From: Candidatus Kaiserbacteria bacterium
Lineage (GTDB): Bacteria > Patescibacteriota > Minisyncoccia > Phycocordibacterales > UBA2100
Direction: 5' to 3'
DNA: 64,000 nt
Assembly (NCBI GenBank): GCA_016186695.1
Contig: JACPLC010000005.1
Coordinates: 64,852 to 128,851 of the forward strand
Part shown: positions 46,849-56,110 of the stretch, in pieces
Layout: the number at the start of each line of letters is the position of its first letter
Numbering within the stretch: the stretch's first letter is position 1
Program-made: the position numbers and the translations under genes
The notes under the pieces: model-generated
Told to the model about the DNA's origin: nothing
Databases searched by the model: none
Seen by the model: the letters and a program-made list of their open reading frames with translations, nothing else

Positions 46849-46863
46849 TATATAATGGCGTGC

Positions 46864-47154
46864 ATGGCAACAAGTAAATTGAAGAGCTCGAGGCAACTTG
46901 AACGGCATCTTAAGGGCGTTGCTAACCATTGGCGAATCGATATATTGCTCACTATCGCCGCCAGCCCAGGCATTACCCTCGAAGCTATCGCCGACCACCT
47001 TGAGGGCAACGTGAAAACGATCTCGGAGCACACGAGGCGACTCGCGCAAGCGGGTTTAATTGATAAGAAATACGAAGGCCGGACCGTCACGCACGTCCTT
47101 TCACCCTACGGAAAGATATTCAGACAATTCCTCGTAACATTCCAACATTCTTGA
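46864..47154 (+). CDS. ArsR/SmtB-family winged-helix transcriptional regulator.
   Basis: RIDILLTIAASPGITLEAIADHLEGNVKTISEHTRRLAQAGLIDKKYEGRTVTHVL. Starts at the ATG at 46864; the track's ATG at 46855 lies inside the TATAAT box. Confidence 0.6.
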   Translation: MATSKLKSSRQLERHLKGVANHWRIDILLTIAASPGITLEAIADHLEGNVKTISEHTRRLAQAGLIDKKYEGRTVTHVLSPYGKIFRQFLVTFQHS

Positions 47155-47163
47155 GAATGTTGG
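47142..47163. promoter_or_regulatory. Second identical 22-bp palindrome, overlapping the ArsR stop codon.
   Basis: Same 22-mer within the extended palindrome ACATTCCAACATTCTTGAGAATGTTGGAATGT. Confidence 0.5.
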
Positions 47164-47198
47164 AATGTTTGGCTCCTGAAGAGAGTCCGGCGAGCATT

Positions 47199-48236
47199 TT
47201 AAAGAATGAGGAGCTCTCCGGAGAGAAGTGTGCCACTCCAGAGAAGAAAGCCGATAAGTGCCAAAAGGCCGATGCCGCGGATGAGCGAAGGCACGTGCAT
47301 ACGGCGTAATCCGGAGAGAAACATGAGGCTCATCACAAGGAGCACGAGCGCGGCGAGCGCCATGTATATATATTGAAGTGTCGTTTTCGGCGCCGTGGCG
47401 ATCCGCCAGAATGGATTTGTCGAATCTGCCCCGTCTTTGAGCGCGCCGACCGGCTGCGATCCATCAGAAACAGCGGCAAGCGCTTCCCCTTCCCACTTCA
47501 CCGCGATGAACATCTCGTCTTCGACGATCGTCTCGAGCGCTGAGGCAGTTGCGCCGGCCACCCGCGATGAGCCGTCGGAAGAAGGAGACGAGCCTGCGAT
47601 CGCCACAGCGCCCGCTTGCGCCGGCGCGCCGAACATCTGCACGACGAACGTCGTGTCGTAGCCTTGGTAGCGACCGTGTGCAAGCGCGATGCCGATTTCG
47701 CTGAAGTGCGAGCTCAAAATATTCGCGCGGTGCTTTGGCGAATTCATCCATGCACTTTCCACCTCGGCCGAATCCGAAAAGTAGACCGCGAGATTCTCGC
47801 CCGCAAAGCGGAAATCGTAGCCCGCTTGTTCAAACCAGTGCCACGGGTCAAAACCCTCGGGCGATTCGTGCGCAAAGTATTCTTTGCCTGCCATGTCGTC
47901 TGCCTTCATTTGCGCCGCCTCCTGCAGCGTGGGGCTCATCACGAGTGCAGGCAGGCCGTCGACCGAGCGGTCTTCGTTGGCAAGGTCTACCAAAACTGCC
48001 GCGATGACGGCGCCCACCTGTTCCGAAGGCGTCGTGAAGACAAGCCTCTGCACGCCGTGCGCGATCAGAAAAAGGAGAACAACTATTGCGACATTGATGG
48101 CAATCGCCTGAAATTCGAGGAATTGCGGCCGGTGGGCATTGTGCGCGCCGGGAATGAAATAGTGATGGATCATCCTTCGTTTTCTTCGCGAAGGCAGGCG
48201 CTTTTTCGGCAGCTTCATCGCGAGATTATATCGCAA
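47199..48236 (-). CDS. Membrane-anchored CAP (SCP/PR-1/YkwD-like) domain protein.
   Basis: FAGENLAVYFS and WMNSPKHRANILSSHFSEIGIALA match the CAP/YkwD motifs. An N-terminal TM is present. Confidence 0.6.
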   Translation of the reverse strand: MRYNLAMKLPKKRLPSRRKRRMIHHYFIPGAHNAHRPQFLEFQAIAINVAIVVLLFLIAHGVQRLVFTTPSEQVGAVIAAVLVDLANEDRSVDGLPALVMSPTLQEAAQMKADDMAGKEYFAHESPEGFDPWHWFEQAGYDFRFAGENLAVYFSDSAEVESAWMNSPKHRANILSSHFSEIGIALAHGRYQGYDTTFVVQMFGAPAQAGAVAIAGSSPSSDGSSRVAGATASALETIVEDEMFIAVKWEGEALAAVSDGSQPVGALKDGADSTNPFWRIATAPKTTLQYIYMALAALVLLVMSLMFLSGLRRMHVPSLIRGIGLLALIGFLLWSGTLLSGELLIL

Positions 48237-48251
48237 ATTGTTGCCCCTCCG

Positions 48252-48461
48252 CTATGCCGCCTCGAGCAGATGTTTGTTGCGCTGGAAGTTGACCACGTAG
48301 CGGCAGAGCGAGGCGATGCTCACGAGGAAAAAAAGTGCGGTGAGAACGAGGAAGCAGAGCGCGAGCCAGAAATTTCCTGATTGCATAAGGAGGTACCCTG
48401 CATACATCCCCAAAGGCGAAAAAGACGTGCCGAGTGATACTGTTCCGCCGAAGTGGATCAT
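48252..48461 (-). CDS. Small 2-TM protein translationally coupled to the GT2 gene (ATGA overlap); PgaD-like by context only.
   Basis: MIHFGGTVSLG...LALCFLVLTALFFLVSIASL. Its start codon overlaps the GT2 stop codon. Confidence 0.4.
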   Translation of the reverse strand: MIHFGGTVSLGTSFSPLGMYAGYLLMQSGNFWLALCFLVLTALFFLVSIASLCRYVVNFQRNKHLLEAA

Positions 48462-49723
48462 GGTAGTGGTAGCTGTACGCGCGTGCCCCAGTGCCCTTCG
48501 GTATAGCCGCACGCGCGGAAGATGCGTACGCCCGCTCGCACGAGAAACGTCGGGCGAAGACGCATACTCTGCTTCAGCACGTTGAACGAGTGAAAAAAGT
48601 ACGAACCGACGAGCGCGACCGTCATGAGATAGCTGTAGAGAAACTCCGGCACGAGCAAAAGCCGTATGAGCCAATCCCACGCATCCTTCTCTTTATAGAA
48701 TCGCATCAGCCAGAGCTGGAACGTGTAGGTGATGCCGAGTTGAAGGAGCGAGAGCGTAATCACGATGTCGGCCACATACGGCGGCACGTCGCCCTCACCC
48801 CGCAGAAAAAGCAGAATTCCTATCATGAGGAGCATCGAGACGAAAAGCGTATGCCCGAGAATATCCTGAAAAACGGACGAGAGGCTTCGCGCGCCCGCGA
48901 CGACGGTAACTCCGCCGTACGACCATCGCGTGCGCTGGCGCCAGAGGCGCGAGAGACCTTCTGGCACCACTGTCCACGCGGGCGCATTTACCGCGGATTT
49001 TACGCTCCAGCCCTGCGCTTTAAGACGCGCGGTCACCTCGTAATCCTCGATCAAGTGGCTCTCGGAGAATCCTCCGAGCTCACGGAGCGCACAGGTACGG
49101 AAGGCAGTGAGCATCCCGTGCATCACCAAGGGCCCGCGGAAAAATCCTTCGTCGGCCATGCGAATCGCATTGAAGCCGAGGTACTCGAGCCCTTGCAGGC
49201 GGGTAAGCAGATTTTTGTTTTTGTTGAAGACACGGCTTTGCGAGCACACCGCGCCAAGTTCCGGTGAGCTCATGAGTTCTGTCACGAGATTCCTCACCGT
49301 GTTTTCGGCGATCACGACGTCGTCGTCGAGCGTGAGAACGACGTCGGGATACCTGCGCCCCTCGGCGAAAATGCGCGCGAGTGCGTGGTTGAGTGCTCCT
49401 GCTTTGAGCTTGTTCTCGGGCGTGCGTAAGAGGGTGACGCGCTTTGAGATAGTCGCGATGCGTTTGAAGATTGCCTCGCTCCCCTCCTCTCGAGGAGTGC
49501 AATCGTCGACTACGTATACGAGAAGGTTTGGGCTCGAGCGGAGGAGTGCCTGAATGAGCCGCACGGTGAGTGCTCGCGGTTTGTAGGTGGGAACGATCGC
49601 GGCGATGGTCGCATTTCCGAAATCGAACGGCACCCGCTCATGATGAGCGGGCAGAATGAAATGTCCGAGCGTTATTCTCGGAGGTTTTGGGGTGTGAACA
49701 CCCTTTACGGAAGATGCTTCCAT
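48458..49723 (-). CDS. Processive family-2 glycosyltransferase (PgaC/IcaA/cellulose-synthase-like).
   Basis: DDC and DDD (DxD-type) motifs, the QxxRW motif (WRQRTRW), and about 5 C-terminal TM. Confidence 0.75.
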   Translation of the reverse strand: MEASSVKGVHTPKPPRITLGHFILPAHHERVPFDFGNATIAAIVPTYKPRALTVRLIQALLRSSPNLLVYVVDDCTPREEGSEAIFKRIATISKRVTLLRTPENKLKAGALNHALARIFAEGRRYPDVVLTLDDDVVIAENTVRNLVTELMSSPELGAVCSQSRVFNKNKNLLTRLQGLEYLGFNAIRMADEGFFRGPLVMHGMLTAFRTCALRELGGFSESHLIEDYEVTARLKAQGWSVKSAVNAPAWTVVPEGLSRLWRQRTRWSYGGVTVVAGARSLSSVFQDILGHTLFVSMLLMIGILLFLRGEGDVPPYVADIVITLSLLQLGITYTFQLWLMRFYKEKDAWDWLIRLLLVPEFLYSYLMTVALVGSYFFHSFNVLKQSMRLRPTFLVRAGVRIFRACGYTEGHWGTRVQLPLP

Positions 49724-49883
49724 ACAATGCGCCGATTTCCTCCCGCGCGCGCATCGAACGTGCGTTCCAATAAGGATATTGCAAAACAATATCGGGACAA
49801 CTATACAGCCCTACGGAAGTGTGTCTCAAGCGGCCTGAAATGCTGATGAATCTCCGACATTCCGACATATCGAGCAGAGTTAT

Positions 49884-51743
49884 TTGACGAATTCGCGGTA
49901 CAATGTCGCTATGGATCATTTCGGCGAACGGCCGAAAAAGTTTTATGGGCCGCCCGATGTTCGCGGTGGACCACCTGACGACAGCAACGGAGATGATGAA
50001 TATCTTTATAGCGACAAACCAAATTTGGATGAGATGCCCGGCGTATATTCGGACATCAGAACGAAGCGCACTATATATAACGAGTTAGAGACACCGGAAC
50101 CCGCGCCAGGAGAGCGTCGAAGAACTACTGTAGACCGAGACGCAAAATTTACTCAATTTTCGGAGGAGTGGTTCGATCAGCGCCAAATATTAGATAAGGA
50201 GGGTGAGAGAGGTCTACTACCAGCGGATCAGTTGTTTGTTCCCGATGAGTTAGAAGGTAGAAGTCCATTCGAAGTATTAGGAGTACCCGAAGGAGATGTT
50301 GTGGAAGCTCACAAATCCTACAGAATGCTAATGCGCACTTTGCACCCCGACGTGGTAGGCATGGCAATAAATAATGCGATCGACAAGGCCATGGGCGGCT
50401 CGAATGCTGCATGGAAACAATTCATAGAGCTTTCGAAAGTCTTTTCCGAGTGGCAAGAGCGCAAACCAAAAGTCCTCAAAGATGAAGAATTATCTGCACT
50501 TAGCGAAGGTGAGAGACAAAAATACATAGACGCCTACAAAGAATGGCAGAATGAGAAACCGGGCGAAGGCAGCATAGAAACGGTACGGCAAGAGATTAAA
50601 GCGAGTGCCGAGAAAAAAACGCGAGTATTAAACGCCGCTTGGGACCAGATCAAAAAAGGGCTTTCCTTCGAAAATATTGTTGGTGCTGCAGCACACTGGG
50701 AAACGAGTCACGGCACCAGTATCAGTGACCGTTACGGTGACGCGTTTATTCTCCATCCTTATCAGACTATTCATCTTGAAGCTGATGCGGAAATATATAG
50801 AAATCTTGACTTTACAGTTACAGACGCCGGCGAGCTTTTATTAAAGAAGGCAGAGCCGGCATATCTGGGCTTTGCCTCGGGCTTTGACAAACGAATCGGC
50901 ATATACGAACAGTATAGAGAATCCTATTCTCTCAAACACCTCTTCGCCTTTTTAGAGCATCGGGACGGGAGGACGATACACCATGCACTGCTTTCCGATG
51001 TTGCCGAAGAATTTGAGCTGACGGGATTTCAGATAGGAACACTTCAGAACCTCATGAAAGCGAACGTCGATGCAGAAAAAATTTGCGAGGAGCTGGGAGT
51101 AAGGCCGCAATTCGACTTGCCCCACCAATCTGGCCGCGATGCTATCCCCGTTGACAATATCATTGAAAACATTGTTGACGGCGGTACATTTGGTAGTGCT
51201 CGAATCGACCGATTTGCGAAAGCCGGATATACGCCCGAAACGCTTACTGCACTCACAAGTTTTGTGATGTCAGAGAAGCCACGAGCTGAACAAGATATTC
51301 GAAACGAGAGCAACCGGGTTACGTACAGTGTCGCGAGGTCAACGAGCGAGTCATTTGCAAAAGTTCGAGAGCGCGAAGAAAAAAAGTCGTCAACAGTGTC
51401 ACGTGAATACAGTCCTCAAAAATACGTCGCGAGCAAAATCAGGACTAGGTTGTTCGAACTGCAACAAAGACCTCACCAATTTGCAAAAACAATTCAGGAT
51501 ATTCAAAGAGGCCCGACCTACACGACTCACGAAGAGGATACGGTGGAATATCGCGTCGGAGTCGAGTTTGGGCGAGATGGTTTGAGATTAGTATTGCCGG
51601 TACAGGAAAGCCTCAATCAATACAATTTTTCTTCGGTAACGGAAGTCTTTTTCAATCAGAATGATCTGGGAATAATGAAAGAGATTGCGTATGGGCGCAG
51701 CGTTACAGGAACACCGTCAAAGGGAATAACGGGGAAACGCTAG
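49884..51743 (+). CDS. Large cytoplasmic protein with an internal J-domain-like segment (HPD motif).
   Basis: SPFEVLGVPEGDVVEAHKSYRMLMRTLHPDVVG; otherwise no recognisable domains. Confidence 0.45.
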   Translation: MTNSRYNVAMDHFGERPKKFYGPPDVRGGPPDDSNGDDEYLYSDKPNLDEMPGVYSDIRTKRTIYNELETPEPAPGERRRTTVDRDAKFTQFSEEWFDQRQILDKEGERGLLPADQLFVPDELEGRSPFEVLGVPEGDVVEAHKSYRMLMRTLHPDVVGMAINNAIDKAMGGSNAAWKQFIELSKVFSEWQERKPKVLKDEELSALSEGERQKYIDAYKEWQNEKPGEGSIETVRQEIKASAEKKTRVLNAAWDQIKKGLSFENIVGAAAHWETSHGTSISDRYGDAFILHPYQTIHLEADAEIYRNLDFTVTDAGELLLKKAEPAYLGFASGFDKRIGIYEQYRESYSLKHLFAFLEHRDGRTIHHALLSDVAEEFELTGFQIGTLQNLMKANVDAEKICEELGVRPQFDLPHQSGRDAIPVDNIIENIVDGGTFGSARIDRFAKAGYTPETLTALTSFVMSEKPRAEQDIRNESNRVTYSVARSTSESFAKVREREEKKSSTVSREYSPQKYVASKIRTRLFELQQRPHQFAKTIQDIQRGPTYTTHEEDTVEYRVGVEFGRDGLRLVLPVQESLNQYNFSSVTEVFFNQNDLGIMKEIAYGRSVTGTPSKGITGKR

Positions 51744-51758
51744 CTGCCCGAGCAACGA

Positions 51759-53153
51759 TTACAGGGTGTCTGCCTGAAGAACTGCCTCCGAATGCTTGCC
51801 CGAAGGGTCGGTGTGTCCTGCACCGAGTGCTTCTCCTGCTGCGACGAGTGCGTCGCGAACGTCGCTCCAGAGCGCTCCGGGGTTGTTTGCTATGTAGAGC
51901 GCGGCGGCGCCGGCGGCATGCGGGCTCGCCATCGAAGTGCCGCTTATGCTTTTATATCCGCTCTTCAACCATGTCGAATAGATAGAGACACCGGGAGCGC
52001 CGATGTCGACGGGCGTTCCCCAGTTGCTGAAGGAAGCGAACGTGTCGTCGGCTCCATAGGCTGTAGCAGCGCCTCCGCCTCCCGACAAACCATTTGAATC
52101 CGCGAGCGCTGAGACAGTAATGACAGCATCGTCGTAGGCAGCAGGCACGAAGCCCGCGGCGTTTGCACCGGAATTCCCCGCTGCAACGACGATCGTCACG
52201 CCCGCGTCGCGCGCGCGGCAGATTGCCTTGTGCAGTGCATCGTTGTTGGAGTTGCCGCAATTGTTGTCGGAAACACCGCCGCCGCCTAAGCTAAGGTTTG
52301 CGACCGTGATGGGCCCGCCGTTTTTGGGCGCCTTGCTCGTCACGAAATCAATGCCGCAGATAACGCTCGACCACGACCCGCTGCCTGCATTATTGAGTAC
52401 GCGGACAGCCCACAATTTCGCCGATGGAGCGACGCCCACGACGCCGACGCCGTTATCGAGGGCCGCGATCGTGCCCGCCACGTGCGTGCCATGACCGTTT
52501 CCGTCGTTGTAGCTGGAGCCGGTCGAGCAGTTCTTGCCGCCGACGATGTTTGTTTTGAGATCGGGATGGCTCAGCTGTATCCCCGTGTCGATGACTGCGA
52601 CGTTGACTCCCGCTCCCTTATTGCTCAAGAATTCTGCATCTATGCGATTGATGCCTGTCGGCAGCGTTTGCAGCGAGGCCTTAACAGCTTCCGTGGTCGG
52701 CGATTCATCAGAGGGTGGAGGCGACGGAGGCGGTGCGGGAGGAGGAGGCTTGCGACGGTGCGATTCTGCACCTACATCGTCGCGAGCACCACGCACGCGG
52801 ACGGACTCCGCAATAGATACGATCCTGTCCTCGCTCACGAATGCGACGCGCGGATCGTTCGCGACCACTGCAAGGTCACTTTCTGAAAAACGCGCCGCAA
52901 AACCGGTGAGCGCGCTTCGATACGAGCCGAGCCGCTCGCCGCCTGCGCGTGCGATGATCTCCTGTTCCGCGGAATCTGCATCAACAGAGTCTTGCAAGAC
53001 GACGATGTACTGCCCCTCGATGCGAGCCTCGCGCACTGCCCTTTCGTCCCGTTCGCGCACATCTTCACCGAAGATGAGCTGAGGGATGATCAATAATGAA
53101 AAAATAACAAGCAGTATAGCGCTCAAAAAGCCACCCTGACTCATCGCTTTCAT
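51759..53153 (-). CDS. Secreted subtilisin-like serine protease (S8) with an I9 propeptide and a Pro-rich linker.
   Basis: Catalytic D (VAVIDTG), H (HGTHVAG) and S (GTSMASPHAAG) are present, along with PPPPAPPPSPPPS. The track start is 53189 (MSEIG...); a signal-peptide-proximal Met lies at 53153. Confidence 0.85.
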   Translation of the reverse strand: MKAMSQGGFLSAILLVIFSLLIIPQLIFGEDVRERDERAVREARIEGQYIVVLQDSVDADSAEQEIIARAGGERLGSYRSALTGFAARFSESDLAVVANDPRVAFVSEDRIVSIAESVRVRGARDDVGAESHRRKPPPPAPPPSPPPSDESPTTEAVKASLQTLPTGINRIDAEFLSNKGAGVNVAVIDTGIQLSHPDLKTNIVGGKNCSTGSSYNDGNGHGTHVAGTIAALDNGVGVVGVAPSAKLWAVRVLNNAGSGSWSSVICGIDFVTSKAPKNGGPITVANLSLGGGGVSDNNCGNSNNDALHKAICRARDAGVTIVVAAGNSGANAAGFVPAAYDDAVITVSALADSNGLSGGGGAATAYGADDTFASFSNWGTPVDIGAPGVSIYSTWLKSGYKSISGTSMASPHAAGAAALYIANNPGALWSDVRDALVAAGEALGAGHTDPSGKHSEAVLQADTL

Positions 53154-53404
53154 GGCATAAAATGTATCACGATTCCCGATCTCCGACAAGATGCCAAAAA
53201 TCAGGGTTTATGAAGTTTATGCACACCTCACGCTGCCTTCACGCTCCCACACCTACAGTGCATGATAGGATTTTTTGTACAAGCATAGGCCGAGGTCTGG
53301 GAAACCAGCGGTCAGTACAGCGTTGCTGTTTCGATGCCTGAAACCTAAGGTGCCCGCACATGAGCTGATGCGTTTGTTTATCCGTTTATTAATTTTATTC
53401 TTGT

Positions 53405-54100
53405 ATGGAAACGGCAAGAAATGTGTCCGTAGTGGTGCTCGCTTTGGCGGTTTTTAGCCTCCTCGCGGCATCGATTGCGTTTGCAGACATTAATAGCAGT
53501 TCATTCACGGTGACCGTTGAGAATTCAGGTACGATCACCAACACCGCTTCGTCAACGGCCGAAACGGGAGACAACACCGCAACGGGTAGCACGGGCGGCG
53601 CCGGAGGAGGCGGTGGCTCGGTAACCGCAGGCGCGGGAGACTTTAACAACGGAGGAGCGACCGCCGGCAATGGCGGCAATGGTGGAAACGCGGATGACGG
53701 CGGAGATGTCACGACCGGTGCCGCCACATCGGCTGCAGAATCCACAAACACGCTCAACGACACCGAGATCGATATCGATGTCGCGTCGACAACGGTCGGC
53801 AATATCAACAGCACAGCTATCACTGCCACCTCTACCTCGACTGGTGCGGTAACAAATGATACCCGTTCGAGAGCTCGCACCGGCGGCAACAGCGCGACGG
53901 GAAGCACAGGCGGCGCGGGCAGCTCGGGCGGAGCAGTAACCTCCACAAGCGGCAGCAACAACAACGGCGGAGCCATCGCTGGCAGCGGTGGAAGCGGTGG
54001 CACAACTGGCTTCGGCGGGACGATCAACACGGGACCGAGCAACAGCACGGCCTCCAGCACCAACGTGATGAATAGGCTTCGGATTAGAATCTCACTCTAA
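53405..54100 (+). CDS. Secreted Gly/Asn/Thr-rich protein with two tandem modules. The internal module ends in an acidic strand (TEIDIDV); the C-terminal module ends basic (...NVMNRLRIRISL).
   Basis: Signal peptide METARNVSVVVLALAVFSLLAASIAFA. Modules contain TG.N.ATGSTGGAGG...NNGGA.AG.GG.GG. Confidence 0.65.
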   Translation: METARNVSVVVLALAVFSLLAASIAFADINSSSFTVTVENSGTITNTASSTAETGDNTATGSTGGAGGGGGSVTAGAGDFNNGGATAGNGGNGGNADDGGDVTTGAATSAAESTNTLNDTEIDIDVASTTVGNINSTAITATSTSTGAVTNDTRSRARTGGNSATGSTGGAGSSGGAVTSTSGSNNNGGAIAGSGGSGGTTGFGGTINTGPSNSTASSTNVMNRLRIRISL

Positions 54101-54117
54101 GTCCTGCCCTTTTCTGC

Positions 54118-54148
54118 AAAACCTTCCTCCAAAGTGGAGGAAGGTTTT
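54118..54148. terminator. Bidirectional intrinsic terminator.
   Basis: Perfect 13-bp stem AAAACCTTCCTCC-AAAGT-GGAGGAAGGTTTT. Confidence 0.65.
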
Positions 54149-54157
54149 GTGTATGCT

Positions 54158-55258
54158 TCAAGAAAAGCTGATCGGGAGAGGCTCCGGTCTTCGCAAGAAC
54201 AGGTAGAGATACATGAAGCCGAGAAGTGCCGAAGTAAAGGAGAATACGAGGAGTCCCAGAGCATCCGCCCCGCCGGCTCCTGCGTTTGGAACTCCCGGCT
54301 CGCCTTGCGGTCCTCCCATAAAATCCGGTATAGGGGTGACCGCGCCGGCAACTTGGCCGGAGGGCGCTCCACCGCTCGAACCTCCACTCGAGCCGCCCGA
54401 ACTGCTTCCACCCGAACTGCCACCACTCGGCCCTCCTCCACTCGAGCCGCCCGATGGCCCTCCGCCGGTAGATCCGCCGCTCGGCCCACCGCCAGACGGC
54501 CCGCCTCCGCTATCGCCTCCCTGCCCGCCGGGACCCTCATCGTCATTAATAATGGTGCAGGTTTTAATGTCGCCCGCGGTGAGCGTAACGCGCCCCGAGG
54601 AATCGCAATCGCCGCTAAATTCCGGTACGTACTTCTGCGTTGTAGTTCCGACAGTCACACTCGTCGTTGCTTCCGAAACAATATACGTACCCGCAAGAAA
54701 TGTCCTCTGTACACCGGATTGGACGGTCGTCGAGCCGACGCGAAGCGTGAAGTCGGTCGTCGTTGCGCTCCCCTTGTCGTCGTTGATGACGATTTTAATG
54801 AGCGTGAGTTTGGGCGAGCCGGGCGGAGGCGGGCCATTCGGGCACGCCGGTACGTCGAATTGCGGTATCGGCTCGCCCGCGCTATTGAGAAGCGGAAAAA
54901 CAATGCAGTATTTTATTTGAGAGCCGAGGTCCGCTCCGGGCGTGGAAGGAGCGGCTGCAGTAGAGGGAGCGGAGGGAGAAGAAGGAGAATCGGGGGTTGC
55001 GGGGTCCCGCGTTGCTCCGATATCGGGAAACTGCACCGTCGGAGAATTTGGAGCCTCCGGCTTTGCAGGTATCGTCGGAAGGGCCGGAATCGTCATCGCG
55101 GGCAAAACGCGGGCGCTCTCTCTCGTTTCGTCACGAGATGCCCGCTCCGGCGAACGGTCGGTGTCAGAGTATGCAAACGTCGCGAGCAGCCAGAAAAACT
55201 GCGTGAGAACGAAAAGACTTATGAGGAGTAGGTTACGAAATGTGGTCGTGGTCGCCAT
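54158..55258 (-). CDS. Secreted protein with a Pro-rich region, a Gly/Ser linker (GGPSGGGPSGGSTGG...) and a C-terminal hydrophobic anchor followed by RRPE.
   Basis: Signal peptide MATTTTFRNLLLISLFVLTQFFWLLATFAYS. C-terminus ALGLLVFSFTSALLGFMYLYLFLRRPEPLPISFS. Confidence 0.55.
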   Translation of the reverse strand: MATTTTFRNLLLISLFVLTQFFWLLATFAYSDTDRSPERASRDETRESARVLPAMTIPALPTIPAKPEAPNSPTVQFPDIGATRDPATPDSPSSPSAPSTAAAPSTPGADLGSQIKYCIVFPLLNSAGEPIPQFDVPACPNGPPPPGSPKLTLIKIVINDDKGSATTTDFTLRVGSTTVQSGVQRTFLAGTYIVSEATTSVTVGTTTQKYVPEFSGDCDSSGRVTLTAGDIKTCTIINDDEGPGGQGGDSGGGPSGGGPSGGSTGGGPSGGSSGGGPSGGSSGGSSSGGSSGGSSGGAPSGQVAGAVTPIPDFMGGPQGEPGVPNAGAGGADALGLLVFSFTSALLGFMYLYLFLRRPEPLPISFS

Positions 55259-55494
55259 GCGCACGCCCCACCCCATAGTTTCCCGATACGAAGCAGCGCA
55301 GAAACATTGTAGATGGCCAAAATTAAGGACTCATGAACGAAAAACCTGATAATAGGGGGAAAGTCGGTAGGTAACCCTGTGCACAACCGGGGTACAGCTA
55401 TGTGCATAACCGGAAATCTCCAACAAATCAAACAAAAATCGCGACAGTGTGTTTCCGAGGAATCTTCCGCGAGCCTGTATCCCAATCAAAGCGA

Positions 55495-55579
55495 GGGCGC
55501 GAATATTTTTATCGCCGAGGACCTGTTCGAAACCGCCTACCGGCGGTGAGCCCCGCAGGCGATAAAAATATTCGCGCCC
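55495..55579. repeat. Perfect 22-bp inverted repeat with a 41-nt spacer (long hairpin) in the intergenic region.
   Basis: GGGCGCGAATATTTTTATCGCC ... GGCGATAAAAATATTCGCGCCC. The spacer itself contains CCGCC-TAC-CGGCGG. Confidence 0.6.
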
Positions 55580-55658
55580 GAGCGCCCCCCTACCTACCCT
55601 TCTTCGCCAAGGCTACAAAGGGTTCCCCTTCTTTTCAAACTCGGCGCAAGCTACGCAA

Positions 55659-56105
55659 TCATTTGGCGAAGGAGAAGAAGAATACAAAACTGAAGATACG
55701 CGCGAGCGAAGCCCTGATCTGCTGGAAGGCACGTGTAAGCCGCGAAGGAGACGAGGACGCAGATACCTCGGCAGAACCCTCGGCGCTCAGCGATTCCGTG
55801 TTTTCTGTGTTGACGCGTACCTCGAGACGGCGGATGCCTTCAAGTAGAGTGTCGGTCGAGGTCGCCTGCACGACGCCGTCTTCCGAAGTCCGTACATCGA
55901 CACGAACGCGCGTGTTTGAACCTTCAGTGCGAATGAAACTCCTGACATCGGCATCGGCGCTTGAGGTGCCGGACGCGCTTGCTTCGCCCGAAACCGTCAC
56001 ACCGCCTGTCTCGCTGATGCTCACGTTCTCCACGGTGAGCGCATCCGCGCCACGCACTGTTAGTACGAACGCAAGAAGCACCGAAATGAGCAAGATGTTC
56101 TTCAT
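55659..56105 (-). CDS. Small secreted protein.
   Basis: Signal peptide MKNILLISVLLAFVLTVRG. Acidic, Thr/Ser-rich, with a hydrophobic C-terminus. Confidence 0.45.
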   Translation of the reverse strand: MKNILLISVLLAFVLTVRGADALTVENVSISETGGVTVSGEASASGTSSADADVRSFIRTEGSNTRVRVDVRTSEDGVVQATSTDTLLEGIRRLEVRVNTENTESLSAEGSAEVSASSSPSRLTRAFQQIRASLARIFSFVFFFSFAK

Positions 56106-56110
56106 AGTCG

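Noticed and set aside
53384-53420. GGAAACGG core of the conserved leader motif, seen again at the start of gene 53405.
   Set aside because: It is simply the coding sequence ATG GAA ACG GCA (M-E-T-A); this is coincidental.
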